Shown in pieces: positions 62,383 through 64,000 of a DNA stretch of 64,000 nt. Position 1 is the stretch's first letter. Every line of letters starts with the position of its first letter. The translations under genes and the position numbers were made by a program. Under the pieces are notes generated by a model. The model saw nothing but the letters and a program-made list of their open reading frames with translations, ran no database searches and was not told where the DNA came from. Source of the DNA: Callorhinchus milii (lineage: Eukaryota); the NCBI RefSeq assembly GCF_018977255.1, contig NW_024704742.1:49726001-49790000 (forward strand), read 5' to 3'.

Positions 62383-64000
62383 ACAACAACAACAACAACA
62401 AGATTACATTTGTATAGCGCCTTTCACGTCGGGAGGACGTCCCAAGGCGCTGGACAGTGTAGCGCATTTCAGACCCGAGTTGGGGTCANGGGGGGAGAAG
62501 GGAGGGGAGGGGAGTGGCCAATGGTATGATTGAAGTGGAGGGTCTTGAGGCGGGACTTGAAGGAGGCTAAGGAGGGGGCGAGGTGGAGTGACTGGGGGAT
62601 GGAATTCCAGAGGTTGGGGGAAGAGGGGCTGAAGGCTCTCCCGCCAATGGTGGGGTGGGTTGGGGGATGTGGAGAGGCCAGAGCTGGTTGAGCGGAGGGA
62701 ACGGGTGGGTTGGTAGGGGCTTAGGAGATCACAGATGTAGGGTGGGGCGAGGCCATGGAGGGCTTTGTAGGCGAGGACCAGGATCTTGAATTGGATCCTC
62801 TGAAGGATAGGGAGCCAATGGAATCGGGTGAGAGTAGAGGAGATGAGATCATGGAGTTTGGTGCAGGAGAGAACACAGGCTGCAGAGTTCTGGATTATCT
62901 GCAGTCTGTGAAGGGAAGAGTTGAGAAGGCCGACAAGCAGGGCTTTGCATCGTCGAGTCTGGGGGTGATGAAGGCATGAACAAGAGTTTCAGCGGCCTGA
63001 GGGGTGAGGTAGTGGTGGAGTCGGACAATGTTATGGAGGTGAGGGAAAGCAGAGCGGGTCATGACTTGGATATTGGGAAGAAAAGACAAGTTGAGGGTTG
63101 AATAAGACACCTGGGTTCCTGACTGGTTTGGTGAGTTGTAGTTTGCAACCATGGAGGTTGATGCTGCCAGAGTCTGAGGTGCTGAGGTGCTGACATGAGC
63201 CAATCAGGAGGGCCTCAGTCTTGTTCACATTCAACTGTAGGAAATTTGCCCTCATCCAGGACTTGATGTCCGACAGGCAGTCTGTCAGGACAGCAGTGGT
63301 CCTGGAGTTGAGGGTGGAGGCAGAAAGATAGAGTTGGGTGTCATCCACATACATATGGAAGTTAACCCCATGTCTGCGGATGATATCACCAAGGGGAAGC
63401 ATGTAGATATTAAAGAGGAGAGGGCCAAGGACAGACCCCTGGGGACGCCAGACGTGATAGTGCAGGGGCTGGAGGAGAAACCGTGAGAGGCAACAAAGTG
63501 GAGACGGTGAGAGAGATAGGAATCGAACCAGGCAAGGGAAGGTCCGTGAAGATTGAATAAAGCGGAGAGGCAGTGTATGAGGATGCAGTGGTTGACAGTA
63601 TTGAAGGCGGCAGAGAAGTCGAGGAGGACAAGAAGGTAGAGGGAGCGCTGATCACCGATGTTCAGAATGTCATTAGTGACTTTGACCAGGGCTGTTTCCA
63701 TGCTGTGGGCAGTATGGAAGCCGGAATTGGACGGGTTCAAAGAAGGAATGGCAAGGGAGAAAGGAGAGGAGCTGGGACGCGACGACTCATTCCAGGACCT
63801 TGAAGAGGGAGGTTAGAGATGGAGCAGTAGCTGGAGAGGAGGGATGGGTTCAGGGAAGGTTTTTTCAAGATGGGGGTGATGACGGCTGTTAAGCGCTCTG
63901 AGATGCTGTCCGGCGTGGAAGGCGCCATATAAATCCAGGTTGTTGTTGTTGTTTTTAGGTAGGTGGGAACTGAGCTGGTGGACAAGGGGAGGTTGATAAC
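62383..64000 (-). mobile_element. L2 LINE, decayed RT to 3' end, runs off the window end
   Basis: Minus-strand ORFs 63737-63985, 63285-63740 and 63031-63402 carry [34 protein letters not shown]. The (CAA)n tail and stem-loop are at 62383-62455. Confidence 0.92.
63886..63953 (+). mobile_element. Tail-only L2 (type B) insertion nested in the minus-strand L2
   Basis: AAGCGCTCTGAGATGCTGTCCGGCGTGGAAGGCGCCATATAAATCCAGG(TTG)n interrupts the host frame between ..VPTYLKT and AVITPILKK. Confidence 0.85.

Noticed and set aside
62489..62489. Single N base
   Set aside because: It is an assembly ambiguity inside an L2 3' UTR with no biological meaning.
1..64000. CRISPR array, retron, DGR or other prokaryotic RT system
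   Set aside because: The RT is fused to an APE endonuclease with L2 signatures in vertebrate-type repeat DNA, with no repeat-spacer array or operon context.

Overview
This is eukaryotic, repeat-dense non-coding DNA (a large intron or intergenic region), not a prokaryotic locus: no operon, CRISPR array, rRNA or convincing host CDS is visible. The repeats point to a cartilaginous fish, probably a chimaera (inference from the SacSINE1/Deu-type SINEs and the tRNA-Ala SINE with an (ATT)n tail). The dominant feature is a young, apparently full-length single-ORF L2-clade LINE at about 35687-39396. It encodes an APE endonuclease and a reverse transcriptase, and is broken only by two small frameshifts. 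Around it lie about 20 truncated L2 copies with two tail types, many copies of a tRNA-Ala-headed SINE (long and short forms) that borrows the L2 3' stem-loop, older DeuSINE copies, decayed CR1 LINEs, an ancient SINE-like family, one Tc1/mariner-type non-autonomous element and small palindromic MITE-like repeats. Almost all short ORFs in the supplied track are by-products of these repeats. I did not find evidence of a wholly new biological system. The most interesting signals concern L2/SINE co-evolution: a covarying 3' stem-loop, a SINE subfamily carrying the exact inner hairpin of the young L2, recurrent 5'-truncation points and tail-only insertions. Several isolated splice-site-flanked segments could be host exons but cannot be assigned. 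Boundaries of decayed repeats were read by eye and are approximate (about +/-10-30 nt).
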